From Polyangiaceae bacterium (lineage in GTDB: Bacteria; Myxococcota_A; Polyangia; Polyangiales; Polyangiaceae), in the NCBI GenBank assembly GCA_044222475.1, contig JBGANF010000009.1:32001-96000 (forward strand): a stretch of 64,000 nucleotides of DNA, read 5' to 3'. The notes below the pieces were generated by a model. The model worked only from the letters and a program-made list of their open reading frames with translations. It made no database searches and was not told the DNA's origin. A program made the position numbers and the translations under genes. Of the stretch, positions 18,710 through 27,688 are shown piece after piece. Position 1 is the first letter of the stretch. Each line of letters starts with the position of its first letter.

Positions 18710-20413
18710 ATGGGATTCGTGACTGCGGCCAAGCGCTCGGGTGGAGGTCCGTTCCACTGGGCGGGGAGCCGTACCGCGAACGCGCGCGATGGTAGCGCGA
18801 GCATCGCCTTCGACGGCCGCATCGACAATCGAAGGGCCCTCGGTGCGCTCGCCCATGAAGACGACGCCTCGCTCGCGCTCCGCGTGTACGCGAGAGATCC
18901 GTCCAGGTTCCCCCAGGATCTCGTCGGGGACTTCGCGTGCGTGGTCGTGGACCACGTTCGCGATCGAATGCTGCTTGCGCGCGACTTCCTCGGCCGTCGA
19001 CCGCTCTACTACGCGCAGGTGAACGGCGCGGTCCACGCCTCGACGACGTTCGAGGGGCTCCTTGGATCCGGCGCAGTCTCCCGCGCGAAAGACGAAGCGA
19101 CCGTCGCGATGTTCCTCTCGGCGTCGCCCCCGAGCGACGGCTCGACGCTCTGGGCCAGCATTCGGCGCGTCCTCCCCGGACACGTCGTGGTTGCAGAGCG
19201 GGGCCGTCTCGCTTCTCTGCGGTATTGGGCACCGGACCTCACCGAGGAGCTCGACGTGACGTTCGAGGAGGCCTGCCGACGGCTCGAGCAGCTCCTCGAG
19301 ACTGCGGTCGGGGAGACCATGGGGACCGATCCCGCCATCCAGCTCAGCGGAGGCGTCGACTCCTCGACCGTCGCAGGATTCTGCGCCGCAGCCGAACCCC
19401 GGTCGCTCCGCGCATACGCCGTGGTGTTTCCGGGTCATCGTGAGGCCGACGAGTCCAGCTATCTCGACGCGGTGGATGCGCACCTCGGGCTCGACGTGCG
19501 CCGACTCGAGGGCGCTGCACTCCCCGTGGACGACGACGTTTCGCAGCGCAGCGATCTCCCGATGCTCCCCAACGCGGGAATCGTTCACGCGATCCTGAAC
19601 GCCATGACGGCGGACGGTCGGAAGACGCTTCTCACGGGTGACGGTGGCGACGACACGCTCACCGCGAGCATGTACGTCTACGCCGACCTCCTCTCGTCGC
19701 TGCGGTGGGCCGATCTACGGAGGCTCGTTCGCGAGCATCGCACCGTGCCGACCGTCACCCTCGGGCGCTTCCCGATCCTCTCCTATGCGGTGCGCCCGAT
19801 GGTGCCGGGGCGCTGGGTCGCTGCGCTGCGCCAACGGCTCGGGCGGCGCGCGGCGCCGCAATACGTCCGCCGATCGTTCGCCGACCGCACGGGGCTCGAG
19901 CGGCGCCTCGCCTTCGACGTGCGCCCTCCTCACGGAGTCTCGTACGCCCGCTTCGATGCGCTCGCAGCGTTGCGCAGCGGATGGCTCGTCCACGGTCTCG
20001 AACAGAACGCGCATCTCTACGATCGGTTCGGAGTGCAAGTCGCGTCGCCGCTGTTCGATCGCCGAATCGTCGAGCTCGCGCTGCGTCTGCCTCCCGCGTT
20101 CCTCTCGCACGGACAGATCATGAAGCGCGCGCTCGTGTCCGCAGCCGGAGCGCGACTGCCGAGTGCCGTCGCGCGACGCACGACGAAATCCGACTTCTCG
20201 CATCTCTTCGCAGAAGCGCTGCGCGCCCGCGCTCGGACGTTCGCCGCGCGTGACCTGGCGATCGCCGACGCCGGCTTCGTCGAGCCGGCGCCGCTCCGCG
20301 CGCTCTACGAGCGTACGATGGCGCAGTACCGCGCAGGCGACCCGCGCTACGCGGCGCACGTCCTGACGCTGTGGATGGCGTACTCGGTCGAAAAATGGCT
20401 GACAACGTGCTGA
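18710..20413 (+). CDS. Lasso peptide cyclase (asparagine synthetase-like C protein)
   Basis: FDGRIDNR, GDFACVV, ARDFLGRRPLYY, LSGGVDSS, LLTGDGGDD, SPLFDRRIVELALRLP; no N-terminal catalytic Cys of AsnB. Confidence 0.85.
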   Translation: MGFVTAAKRSGGGPFHWAGSRTANARDGSASIAFDGRIDNRRALGALAHEDDASLALRVYARDPSRFPQDLVGDFACVVVDHVRDRMLLARDFLGRRPLYYAQVNGAVHASTTFEGLLGSGAVSRAKDEATVAMFLSASPPSDGSTLWASIRRVLPGHVVVAERGRLASLRYWAPDLTEELDVTFEEACRRLEQLLETAVGETMGTDPAIQLSGGVDSSTVAGFCAAAEPRSLRAYAVVFPGHREADESSYLDAVDAHLGLDVRRLEGAALPVDDDVSQRSDLPMLPNAGIVHAILNAMTADGRKTLLTGDGGDDTLTASMYVYADLLSSLRWADLRRLVREHRTVPTVTLGRFPILSYAVRPMVPGRWVAALRQRLGRRAAPQYVRRSFADRTGLERRLAFDVRPPHGVSYARFDALAALRSGWLVHGLEQNAHLYDRFGVQVASPLFDRRIVELALRLPPAFLSHGQIMKRALVSAAGARLPSAVARRTTKSDFSHLFAEALRARARTFAARDLAIADAGFVEPAPLRALYERTMAQYRAGDPRYAAHVLTLWMAYSVEKWLTTC

Positions 20414-20433
20414 CGCCCTGCAATGACCAGGGA

Positions 20434-20706
20434 ATGGATCCCTCGAAGCGCTATGTACCGCGACCGCACGTCGTTCGGCGCCGTGTGGGGGACGAGTGTC
20501 TACTCCTCGACAGCACGAGGCAGCAGTTTTTCAGCCTCAATTTCGTCGCGGTCTCCGTGTGGGACGCACTCTCGCCGGAGCGCACGCTCGACGAAATCAT
20601 CGATCGCGTCGCCGACGAGTATGGAGCCGAGCGCGACACGGTCGAGCGCGACTGTCTCGATCTAATGGCGGCCCTGCTCGAGCAGGGCCTCGTCGACGAG
20701 CGGTGA
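20434..20706 (+). CDS. PqqD-family RiPP recognition element (lasso B1/E protein)
   Basis: RRVGDECLLLD...FFSLNFVAVSVWDAL...TLDEIIDRVADEY...DCLDLMAALLEQGLV. Confidence 0.9.
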   Translation: MDPSKRYVPRPHVVRRRVGDECLLLDSTRQQFFSLNFVAVSVWDALSPERTLDEIIDRVADEYGAERDTVERDCLDLMAALLEQGLVDER

Positions 20707-22278
20707 CGCGCTCGCTCCGAGATCGGCGGTGACGAAACAGCCGGCCGCGAGACGCTCGACCAGCTCGGTCGAGTGCGCCGCCACGATCACGAGCTTCGTC
20801 GCTGCCTCACGTTCGAGCAAGCGCGCGAGCAGTTGGATGCCGGCCCGATCGAGGCTCGCGTCGGGCTCGTCGAAGAGGAGCGCCGGCCGGTCGGCAGCGA
20901 ACGCGCGAGCCAGCGCGACGCGCTGGCGCTGACCGACCGAGAGCTCACCGAGCTCGACGTCGAGCGGCGACCTCGCGCGCTCGGCCAACGCCTGCCAGAC
21001 CTCGAGGTCGCGCAGGCTCTTCTCGATCCGTTCGTCCGTGACGGCTCCGTGAACGAGCTCGAATGCTCGGCGAATGCTCGCGCGCTCGGGCAGGAGTGGG
21101 CGCTGAGGTAGGAATGCGAGCTTCCCGCGCCACGCGTCGAGGTCGCACGAGAAGAGGTCGGTGCCGTCGAGGCTCACGGTGCCGGCGGTGGGTTCGACGA
21201 GACCGGCCACCACCCGCAACAGCGTGCTCTTCCCGCTTCCATTCGGACCCACGAGAAGCACCGCAGCTCCTCGCTTCACCACCAAGGTCGTGGGAGGGAG
21301 CGCGCGATCCTGATCCCCGTAGTGGTAGCTGACGGCGGAACAGGCGAGCGAGGAGAGCTCGCGAACGGCGCGCGTGCCACCCGTCGGGAGCACGGTTCCC
21401 TCGAAGATGGGCATCAGCGCGCGGACTTGGGGGAGTGCGCGCGCGATCTCGACCGCCGCTCTCGCGATGCCCGCGAAGCCTGCCGACGCCGTGGCGACGA
21501 CGAGCAGCTCGCCGAGTGCGGGCGAGCTGGGGCTCAGCGCGAACCACGTTCCCGCGGCGGCGAGCGCCACGAACGTGGGCGCCCGGGTCGCGAAGCCCGC
21601 AGCTCCGTCGGCGCGAACGACTCGGGCGCGACGCAGGCCGAGGGCGCGGTCGAGCTCGGACACGAAGCTCGCTGCGTTCCCGTTGGCGAGGATCTCCGCT
21701 CGCCCGACGATGGCGGCGGCGAGCCGATCGATGACGCCACCGTGAGCTCCCCATGCGTCCTCGCTCGCGCGAGACGCAACGCGACGGCTCGCCCACGCGG
21801 CGGTAGCCGCGACGCCAAGCGCCACGAGCGCGATGAGCTCGGTCGCTGGCGCCACCTTGCGATGCACGACCGCGACGAGCGCGATGCTGGCGACGAGGTC
21901 CCCCGCCGCTCCGGGTGCGAGCTCGCTAGCGATGCGCGAGACCTGGTGCCCGGCCTCGAGGACCGTGCTCAACGCCTCGTCGTGACGAAGCGGTGCCGCC
22001 TGAACGACGTTGCGCGAGAGCAGCGCCGCGCCGACGCGCCGTTGAATGACGGTCTCGAGCGAAGCGCGCGTGAGGGCTCGCGCCGCCCCTCTGAGGAACA
22101 CGATGGCCGCAAGGGCCACGCCAGTAACGAAAGCGGGGAGGCGATGATCATCGACGAGAAAGACCGTCGTCGCCGTCACGAGGATGCGCTCGGCAGCCTG
22201 CAGAACGGCCATGAACGCGATCGAGATCCACTGCCGTCGCTCGACGAAGCCGATGACGAAGCGGGCGAGTGGGAGCAC
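20662..22278 (-). CDS. ABC transporter fused TMD/NBD (possible peptide exporter)
   Basis: N-terminal hydrophobic helices; GPNGSGKS, LSVGQRQR, LLFDEPD, AAH; overlaps the PqqD gene 3' end by 45 bp. Confidence 0.8.
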   Translation of the reverse strand: MLPLARFVIGFVERRQWISIAFMAVLQAAERILVTATTVFLVDDHRLPAFVTGVALAAIVFLRGAARALTRASLETVIQRRVGAALLSRNVVQAAPLRHDEALSTVLEAGHQVSRIASELAPGAAGDLVASIALVAVVHRKVAPATELIALVALGVAATAAWASRRVASRASEDAWGAHGGVIDRLAAAIVGRAEILANGNAASFVSELDRALGLRRARVVRADGAAGFATRAPTFVALAAAGTWFALSPSSPALGELLVVATASAGFAGIARAAVEIARALPQVRALMPIFEGTVLPTGGTRAVRELSSLACSAVSYHYGDQDRALPPTTLVVKRGAAVLLVGPNGSGKSTLLRVVAGLVEPTAGTVSLDGTDLFSCDLDAWRGKLAFLPQRPLLPERASIRRAFELVHGAVTDERIEKSLRDLEVWQALAERARSPLDVELGELSVGQRQRVALARAFAADRPALLFDEPDASLDRAGIQLLARLLEREAATKLVIVAAHSTELVERLAAGCFVTADLGASASPLVDEALLEQGRH

Positions 22279-22324
22279 GGAGGCGCGACGGTAGCGCCGG
22301 TGGTTTCCAGCGTCGAGTGGAGAG

Positions 22325-23251
22325 CTAAGCGGAGTCCTTCGACGCGACTGCCCGCAGATCCACGAACGTCCAGTCGCACGTCTTGGCGATGAGCTCGATG
22401 AACGCGCGCACCTTCGCCGAGAGCAGGCGCGTCGTCGGGTAGACGATCTGGATCGGAAGCGGCGGAGGTTCGAGATCCGCGAGGACGACGCGGAGGCTCC
22501 CGGAGCGAACCGCGTCCGCCACCTGGTATCCGAGCGCCATCACGAGGCCGCCACCGCGCTCGGCGTGACCGATCGCGGCGTCGACGCTGTTCGTCACGAA
22601 GCGCGGCGAGAGCGCCACGCGTCGCTCGCCGCCGACGGTCGCGAAGCGCCACTCCGCGGTCGGGTTGATGGCGTTGCACTGGATCACGTCGTGGACCGCG
22701 AGCTCGTCCGCCGTCCGCGGCTTCTTCCTCTGAGCGAAGTACTTGGGCGACCCCACGACGACGCGCCTCGTCGAGCCGACCGCGCGCGCGACGAGCCCCG
22801 AGTCGTCGAGGTGGCCGATGCGAACGGCCGCGTCGATCCCCTCGTCGACGAGGTTCGCGAGGCGGTCGGCCAAGGTGAGCTCGCCGGTCACCGCCGGGTA
22901 CTTCGCGAGGTAGGCGCACATCAGCGGCGCGACGTGCAACCGGCCGAACGTGGCGGGCGCAGCCACTACGAAGCGACCGGTCGGCGTGGTGCGCTCGGCC
23001 TGCGCCGCGGCCTCGGCTTCGGCGACGTCGCCGAGGATCCGCCGCGCGCGCTCGAGGTAGCGTGCGCCGGCGTCGGTCAGCGTGACCGAGCGCGTCGTCC
23101 GCTGGAGCAGTCGCGTCCCGAGGCTCTCCTCGAGAGCGGCCACCAGGCGCGTCACGGCCGACGCCGAGAGCTTGTGGCGGCGGGCGGCGGGGGCGAACCC
23201 TCGCAAGTCGGCCACCGAGACGAAGACCCCCATCGCGCCGAGCCGGTCCAT
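22325..23251 (-). CDS. LysR-family regulator
   Basis: MDRLGAMGVFVSVADLRGFAPAARRHKLSASAVTRLVAALEESLGTRLLQRTTRSV. Confidence 0.92.
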   Translation of the reverse strand: MDRLGAMGVFVSVADLRGFAPAARRHKLSASAVTRLVAALEESLGTRLLQRTTRSVTLTDAGARYLERARRILGDVAEAEAAAQAERTTPTGRFVVAAPATFGRLHVAPLMCAYLAKYPAVTGELTLADRLANLVDEGIDAAVRIGHLDDSGLVARAVGSTRRVVVGSPKYFAQRKKPRTADELAVHDVIQCNAINPTAEWRFATVGGERRVALSPRFVTNSVDAAIGHAERGGGLVMALGYQVADAVRSGSLRVVLADLEPPPLPIQIVYPTTRLLSAKVRAFIELIAKTCDWTFVDLRAVASKDSA

Positions 23252-23256
23252 TCATT

Positions 23257-23275
23257 CATTGCATCATCTGCAATG
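23257..23275. promoter_or_regulatory. LysR-type recognition box (T-N11-A palindrome)
   Basis: CATTGCA-tcatc-TGCAATG immediately upstream of the LysR start, in the divergent intergenic region. Confidence 0.7.
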
Positions 23276-23364
23276 GTGAAGTGTCAATCCCGTCGATTGT
23301 TGTTGTACATGGAAGGACCCATCTTCGCTCCACGGCCGAACGAACGGCCCGAAAGGAAGATCCC

Positions 23365-23913
23365 ATGTCCCGCATCCCCACCCCCGCCACGATCGACGCC
23401 TCTCCCGCCGCGTCGCGACCGCTCCTCGAGGCCGTGAAGAAACAGCTCGGCAGCGCGCCGAACCTCTTTCGCATCGTGGGCAACAGCCCCGCGGCGCTCG
23501 AGGGCTACCTCGGACTGAACGGCGCGCTGGCGAAGGGCACCCTCGACGCGCGCACCCGCGAGCGCATCGCCCTGGCCGTCGCGGAGCTCAACGGCTGCGA
23601 CTACTGCCTGGCCGCTCACACCTACCTCGGTACGAACCTCGCGAAGCTGGACGCCACCGAGATCGCGGCCAACCGCGACGGGACATCGAGCGATCCGAAG
23701 GCAGCCGCCGCCGTCCGCTTCGCCAGCCAGCTCGTCCGAGCGCGTGGTCACGTGACCGCCGACGACGTGCTCGCGGTTAAGGCCGCAGGCTACGACGACG
23801 CGCAGGTCGTCGAGATCGTGACCCACGTCGCGCTCAACACCTTGACCAACTACGTCAACAGCGCGTTCGAGACCGACGTAGACTTCCCCAAGGTCACGCG
23901 TCGAGCCGCGTGA
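23365..23913 (+). CDS. AhpD/CMD-family peroxidase-related protein
   Basis: [21 protein letters not shown] (ExxxCxxCxxxH). Confidence 0.9.
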   Translation: MSRIPTPATIDASPAASRPLLEAVKKQLGSAPNLFRIVGNSPAALEGYLGLNGALAKGTLDARTRERIALAVAELNGCDYCLAAHTYLGTNLAKLDATEIAANRDGTSSDPKAAAAVRFASQLVRARGHVTADDVLAVKAAGYDDAQVVEIVTHVALNTLTNYVNSAFETDVDFPKVTRRAA

Positions 23914-23944
23914 GTCGATCACCGCGCCCTTGGAGGTCCCGCCC

Positions 23945-24409
23945 ATGAGTCGTCCCCCGCTCCCGCCGTTCACCGCCGAAACCGCCGCTCAGAAGGCACG
24001 GCTCGCCGAGAACGCGTGGAACACGCGCGATCCCGCGCGCGTCGCCCTCGCCTACACCGAGGACAGCCGGTGGCGAAATCGGTCGGAGTTCTTCCAAGGG
24101 CGCGCGGCGATCGAGGCGTTCCTGAAGCGCAAGTGGGCGCACGAGATCGACTACCGGTTGATCAAGGAGGTCTGGGCCTTCACCGGGAATCGCATCGCCG
24201 TGCGCTTCGTCTACGAGTGCCACGACGAGCACGGCGACTGGACGCGCGCCCACGGCAACGAGCAGTGGGAGTTCGACGAGGCCGGGCTGATGAGGCGCCG
24301 CGAGGCGAGCATCAACGACGTGAAGATCCGCGACGCAGAGCGTCGCTTCCACTGGCCGCTCGGCCCGCGGCCCGACGAGCACCCCGGGCTCACGGAGCTC
24401 GGGCTCTGA
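23945..24409 (+). CDS. DUF1348 / SnoaL-like (NTF2-fold) protein
   Basis: [43 protein letters not shown]. Confidence 0.88.
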   Translation: MSRPPLPPFTAETAAQKARLAENAWNTRDPARVALAYTEDSRWRNRSEFFQGRAAIEAFLKRKWAHEIDYRLIKEVWAFTGNRIAVRFVYECHDEHGDWTRAHGNEQWEFDEAGLMRRREASINDVKIRDAERRFHWPLGPRPDEHPGLTELGL

Positions 24410-24412
24410 CGT

Positions 24413-25219
24413 TCAGGGCTTCGCTGCGGCGAGCACCTGCTCGCGCGTGACGCTCTTCGGATCGAAGACCACGCGCAAGGAGGCGCCGTCGCGCGACACC
24501 TCGAGGACGCCGGGGACCTTCGCGAGCGCGTCCGCTGCGCGCGCGTCGCCGGAGACGATCGCCGTCTCCAGCGTCGTGCTGCAGCCGGCGCGCTCGCCGG
24601 GCGCCGGCTTCGCGCACGAGTTCTGGGTCGCGACCGGCGGAGCGTGCGTCGCGCTTCCTTCGAACAGCGGAAGGTACGCGCCGTATCCTTCGGCCGCGAG
24701 CTTCGACACCGGGACGAACCGCAGCGACGCCGAGTTGATGCAGTAGCGGAGGCCGGTCGGTGCAGGGCCGTCGTCGAACACGTGACCGAGGTGCGAGCTC
24801 GCGCTCGCGGAACGCACCTCGGTGCGCTCCATGCCGAGCGTCGTGTCGCTCTTCGAGACGACGCGGGCGTCCTCGATCGGCCGCGTGAAGCTCGGCCAGC
24901 CGGTGCCCGACTCGAACTTGTCGAGCGAGCTGAAGAGCGGCTCGCCGCTCACCACGTCGACGTAGATGCCGGGCTCGTGGTTGTCCCAGTACGCGTTGTG
25001 GAACGGCGGCTCGGTCGCGTCGTTCTGCGTGACCTCGTACTCGATCGGCGAGAGCTTCTTCTTCAGCTCGTCGAGCGACGGCTTCGGGTACGCACTCGAC
25101 GGAGCGGCGGCGATCTTCGCCACCGGCTCGGCGGCGGCGCTGGACGACGACGATGCACGACATGCGACTGTGGCGACGAGGAGGGAGAGTCCGGACATCA
25201 CGAGGAGGGTCTGGTTCAT
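24413..25219 (-). CDS. msrB: Exported methionine-R-sulfoxide reductase MsrB with a degenerate C-terminal extension
   Basis: [44 protein letters not shown]-terminal lipoprotein signal (TVAC). Confidence 0.9.
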   Translation of the reverse strand: MNQTLLVMSGLSLLVATVACRASSSSSAAAEPVAKIAAAPSSAYPKPSLDELKKKLSPIEYEVTQNDATEPPFHNAYWDNHEPGIYVDVVSGEPLFSSLDKFESGTGWPSFTRPIEDARVVSKSDTTLGMERTEVRSASASSHLGHVFDDGPAPTGLRYCINSASLRFVPVSKLAAEGYGAYLPLFEGSATHAPPVATQNSCAKPAPGERAGCSTTLETAIVSGDARAADALAKVPGVLEVSRDGASLRVVFDPKSVTREQVLAAAKP

Positions 25220-25278
25220 GGCTCGCCAGGGAGTACGCCGGTCGAGCGCCTCCGGTTTCGGCCACCGTCACCTCGGAA

Positions 25279-25881
25279 TCACCCGGTCTCGACGCGGCGC
25301 AGTTCGGCCTCGAGCTCGGCGATGCGGCGATCGCGCGAGGCGAGGGCCTCGGCGACGTCGGCCGCGTCGATCCGCTGCGGGATGTGCTGCGGACAGTTCA
25401 CGTCCCACGCGACGACGCGGATCACGAAGACCCGCTCGGGACGGGCCGCGTAGCCCTTCGGCGCGAGGCGCGCGAGGAGCGCCGGGTCGTCCTCGACGAC
25501 CTTCGCCTCGCCCCAGATCTTCACCCTGCGTCGATGCGCGTAGTCGATCAGGAAGAGGTGCACTTTCGGGTTGTCCTCGAGGTTCCCGAGCGAGATGTAC
25601 TGGCGGTTGCCCGCGAAGTCGGCGAACGCGAGCGTGTGCTCGTCGAGCACGTGGAGGAAGCCCTTCGGTCCGCCGCGGTGCTGGATGTACGGCTGGCCCG
25701 CTGCGTTCGCGGTGGCGAGGAAGAAGCTCGTCTGGTCGGTGATGAAGTCCGCGACGTCCTCGGAGATCGCGGTCTCCCAGCCGCCGCCCTCTTCCATCCG
25801 AGCGTAGGCCTTGCGCGAGCCCTTCTTCGTCTGGATCGCCTTCACCGTGGGAGTGAACGCCACGTCGCTGGAGGTTGCCAT
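25279..25881 (-). CDS. Pyridoxamine 5'-phosphate oxidase-family FMN-binding protein
   Basis: SDVAFTPTVKAIQ, GQPYIQHRGGPKGF, DFAGNRQYISLGNL, WDVNCPQHIP. Confidence 0.88.
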   Translation of the reverse strand: MATSSDVAFTPTVKAIQTKKGSRKAYARMEEGGGWETAISEDVADFITDQTSFFLATANAAGQPYIQHRGGPKGFLHVLDEHTLAFADFAGNRQYISLGNLEDNPKVHLFLIDYAHRRRVKIWGEAKVVEDDPALLARLAPKGYAARPERVFVIRVVAWDVNCPQHIPQRIDAADVAEALASRDRRIAELEAELRRVETG

Positions 25882-25946
25882 GGCGCCAACGTGAGGCTGA
25901 AGTACGCCGGCAACAATGGATCGGCTTCGCAATGCATCATTGCTCC

Positions 25947-26699
25947 TCATGCAATGGTGAGGACCTCGCATCCGGTCTCGGTGACGAGGACCGTGTGCTC
26001 GAACTGTGCCGACAGCGAGCCGTCGGCAGTGACGACCGTCCAGCCGTCGTCGAGGAAGCGCACCGCCGCTCGACCGAGGTTCACCATCGGCTCGATCGTG
26101 AACGCCATGCCCGGACGGAGCCGAGGGCCGGTGCCGCGCGTCCCGGTGTGCTTCACGTGAGGCTCGGTGTGCATCGCGCGTCCGATGCCGTGACCGCCGA
26201 GCTCGGTGACGACGCTGCAGCCGGCCTTGCGGGCGACCTCGTCGATCGCCGCGCCGACGTCGCCGAGGCGGCCGTTCGGGCGGACCACGGCGACTCCCGC
26301 GTCGCGGCACGCACGCGCGGTCTCGACGACGTGGCGAGCCTCGGCGCTGGGCTCGCCGATGAAGAACGTCGCCGACGTGTCGCCGTGGAACCCCTCGAGC
26401 TCGGTCGTGACGTCGACGTTCACGATGTCGCCGTCGCGGAGGACGTCACGCGGCGAGGGGATCCCATGGCACACGACGTGGTTGCGACTGGTGCACACCG
26501 CCGCGGGAAACCCTTGGTATCCGAGCTGACTCGGGCGGCCCTTGCGGCGCGCGGTGTCTTCGCGGACCCATCGGTCGATGTCCGCGGTCGAGACGCCGGC
26601 GCGGAGCAGCGTCCCAACGTGGGACAGCGTCGCGGCCGCCACGCGCCCGGCGGCGCGCAATCGTTCCCGTTCACGAGGTCCGAACAGCTCGATGGCCAT
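25947..26699 (-). CDS. map: Type I methionine aminopeptidase
   Basis: VVCHGIP, DIVNVDVT, GFHGDTS, GHGIG..MH, FTIEPMVN, SAQFEHT. Confidence 0.92.
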   Translation of the reverse strand: MAIELFGPRERERLRAAGRVAAATLSHVGTLLRAGVSTADIDRWVREDTARRKGRPSQLGYQGFPAAVCTSRNHVVCHGIPSPRDVLRDGDIVNVDVTTELEGFHGDTSATFFIGEPSAEARHVVETARACRDAGVAVVRPNGRLGDVGAAIDEVARKAGCSVVTELGGHGIGRAMHTEPHVKHTGTRGTGPRLRPGMAFTIEPMVNLGRAAVRFLDDGWTVVTADGSLSAQFEHTVLVTETGCEVLTIA

Positions 26700-26788
26700 C
26701 CCCGAACGAAACACCGGCGCCGCGCGGGCGACCAATACCTTCTCGATCTGACGCCGGAGCGCGCGTTCCGCGCTACGATGAAGCCATC

Positions 26789-27052
26789 ATGAGCCTCGCG
26801 CAGATCCGGTATTTCGTCGCCGTCGCCGAGGAGGGCAGCGTGACCCGCGCGGCCGAGAGGCTCCACGTCTCCCAGCCGCCGCTGAGCCGGCAGATCCACC
26901 TGCTCGAGGACGAGCTCGACGTGCAGCTCTTCGAGCGCACCCCGCGCGGAGTTCGCTTGCTCCCGCCGGGCGAGCGCTTCCTCGAGCACGCGCGGGCCAT
27001 CCTGAAGCAGGTCGAGCTCGCCGCCCACGCCGCCCGCGAGGGCGACGGGTGA
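26789..27052 (+). CDS. LysR-type HTH-only protein (87 aa, no effector domain)
   Basis: QIRYFVAVAEEGSVTRAAERLHVSQPPLSRQIHLLEDEL; stop codon right after the linker helix. Confidence 0.8.
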   Translation: MSLAQIRYFVAVAEEGSVTRAAERLHVSQPPLSRQIHLLEDELDVQLFERTPRGVRLLPPGERFLEHARAILKQVELAAHAAREGDG

Positions 27053-27669
27053 AGGAGCACCCCTACCGCAGCGAGCTGGGCGAAGAAGAGCGCCCCCTCG
27101 TCGCACAGACCGAGCTCCGCCTCGAGGGCTCGGCAGTCGAGCGCAAGTCGGCGATCGTTCGGTTGCTCGTCGGCGCGGGGATCGCCGTAGCCATCGGAGC
27201 GTTCGCGCTCCTTCTCATGCGCCTCGAAGCGGCCGTCAGCGTCCTCTTCGTCGCGGCGCTCGCGTACGTCGGCTGGCGCTGGGTGCGGCTTCGCAAAGAG
27301 ACCGAGGTGGTCCTCCGCATCGAGGACGACACGCTCGTGATCCAGCGCTTCCGCGCAGCCCCGGTCAGGGTCGCGCTGCGGGCGCTCGACGACGTCGAGA
27401 TCGAGTCGAAGGAAGTCCAGAAGGTCGGACACGACAGCAACCCGATCTACGGACTCAGCTTCAACCGCCACGTGGCGCCCGCGGTCGACGTCGCGCGGGT
27501 CGCGCTCGTGCGCGCCGGCGACCTGCCGCTCCGCCTCGGCGACGAGTGGGTCTCGCACGGCGAGACGAGCGAGGACTTCCGCAAGGTGCGACTGTTCCTG
27601 CGTTCACGTGGGTGGATCCCGCTCTCGGAGCGCGCGAAGCCGAGGAAGAAGAAGCGTCGCTCGGCCTGA
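27049..27669 (+). CDS. Hypothetical membrane protein (2 TM)
   Basis: GTG overlaps the upstream stop; two hydrophobic helices; basic C-terminus. Confidence 0.65.
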   Translation: MKEHPYRSELGEEERPLVAQTELRLEGSAVERKSAIVRLLVGAGIAVAIGAFALLLMRLEAAVSVLFVAALAYVGWRWVRLRKETEVVLRIEDDTLVIQRFRAAPVRVALRALDDVEIESKEVQKVGHDSNPIYGLSFNRHVAPAVDVARVALVRAGDLPLRLGDEWVSHGETSEDFRKVRLFLRSRGWIPLSERAKPRKKKRRSA

Positions 27670-27688
27670 CTCGCTATAGTGCGGGCCC

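Noticed and set aside
18476..19588. 370-aa minus-strand ORF
   Set aside because: Mostly antisense to the cyclase; only the last 59 codons (the precursor) look real.
18710..20413. Housekeeping asparagine synthetase AsnB
   Set aside because: Lacks the N-terminal Cys of the glutaminase domain and sits between a lasso-type precursor and an RRE gene.
22325..25881. LysR/AhpD/DUF1348/MsrB/PNPOx genes as part of the lasso cluster
   Set aside because: A common redox-stress neighbourhood with its own LysR box; no sequence evidence ties it to the RiPP genes beyond proximity.
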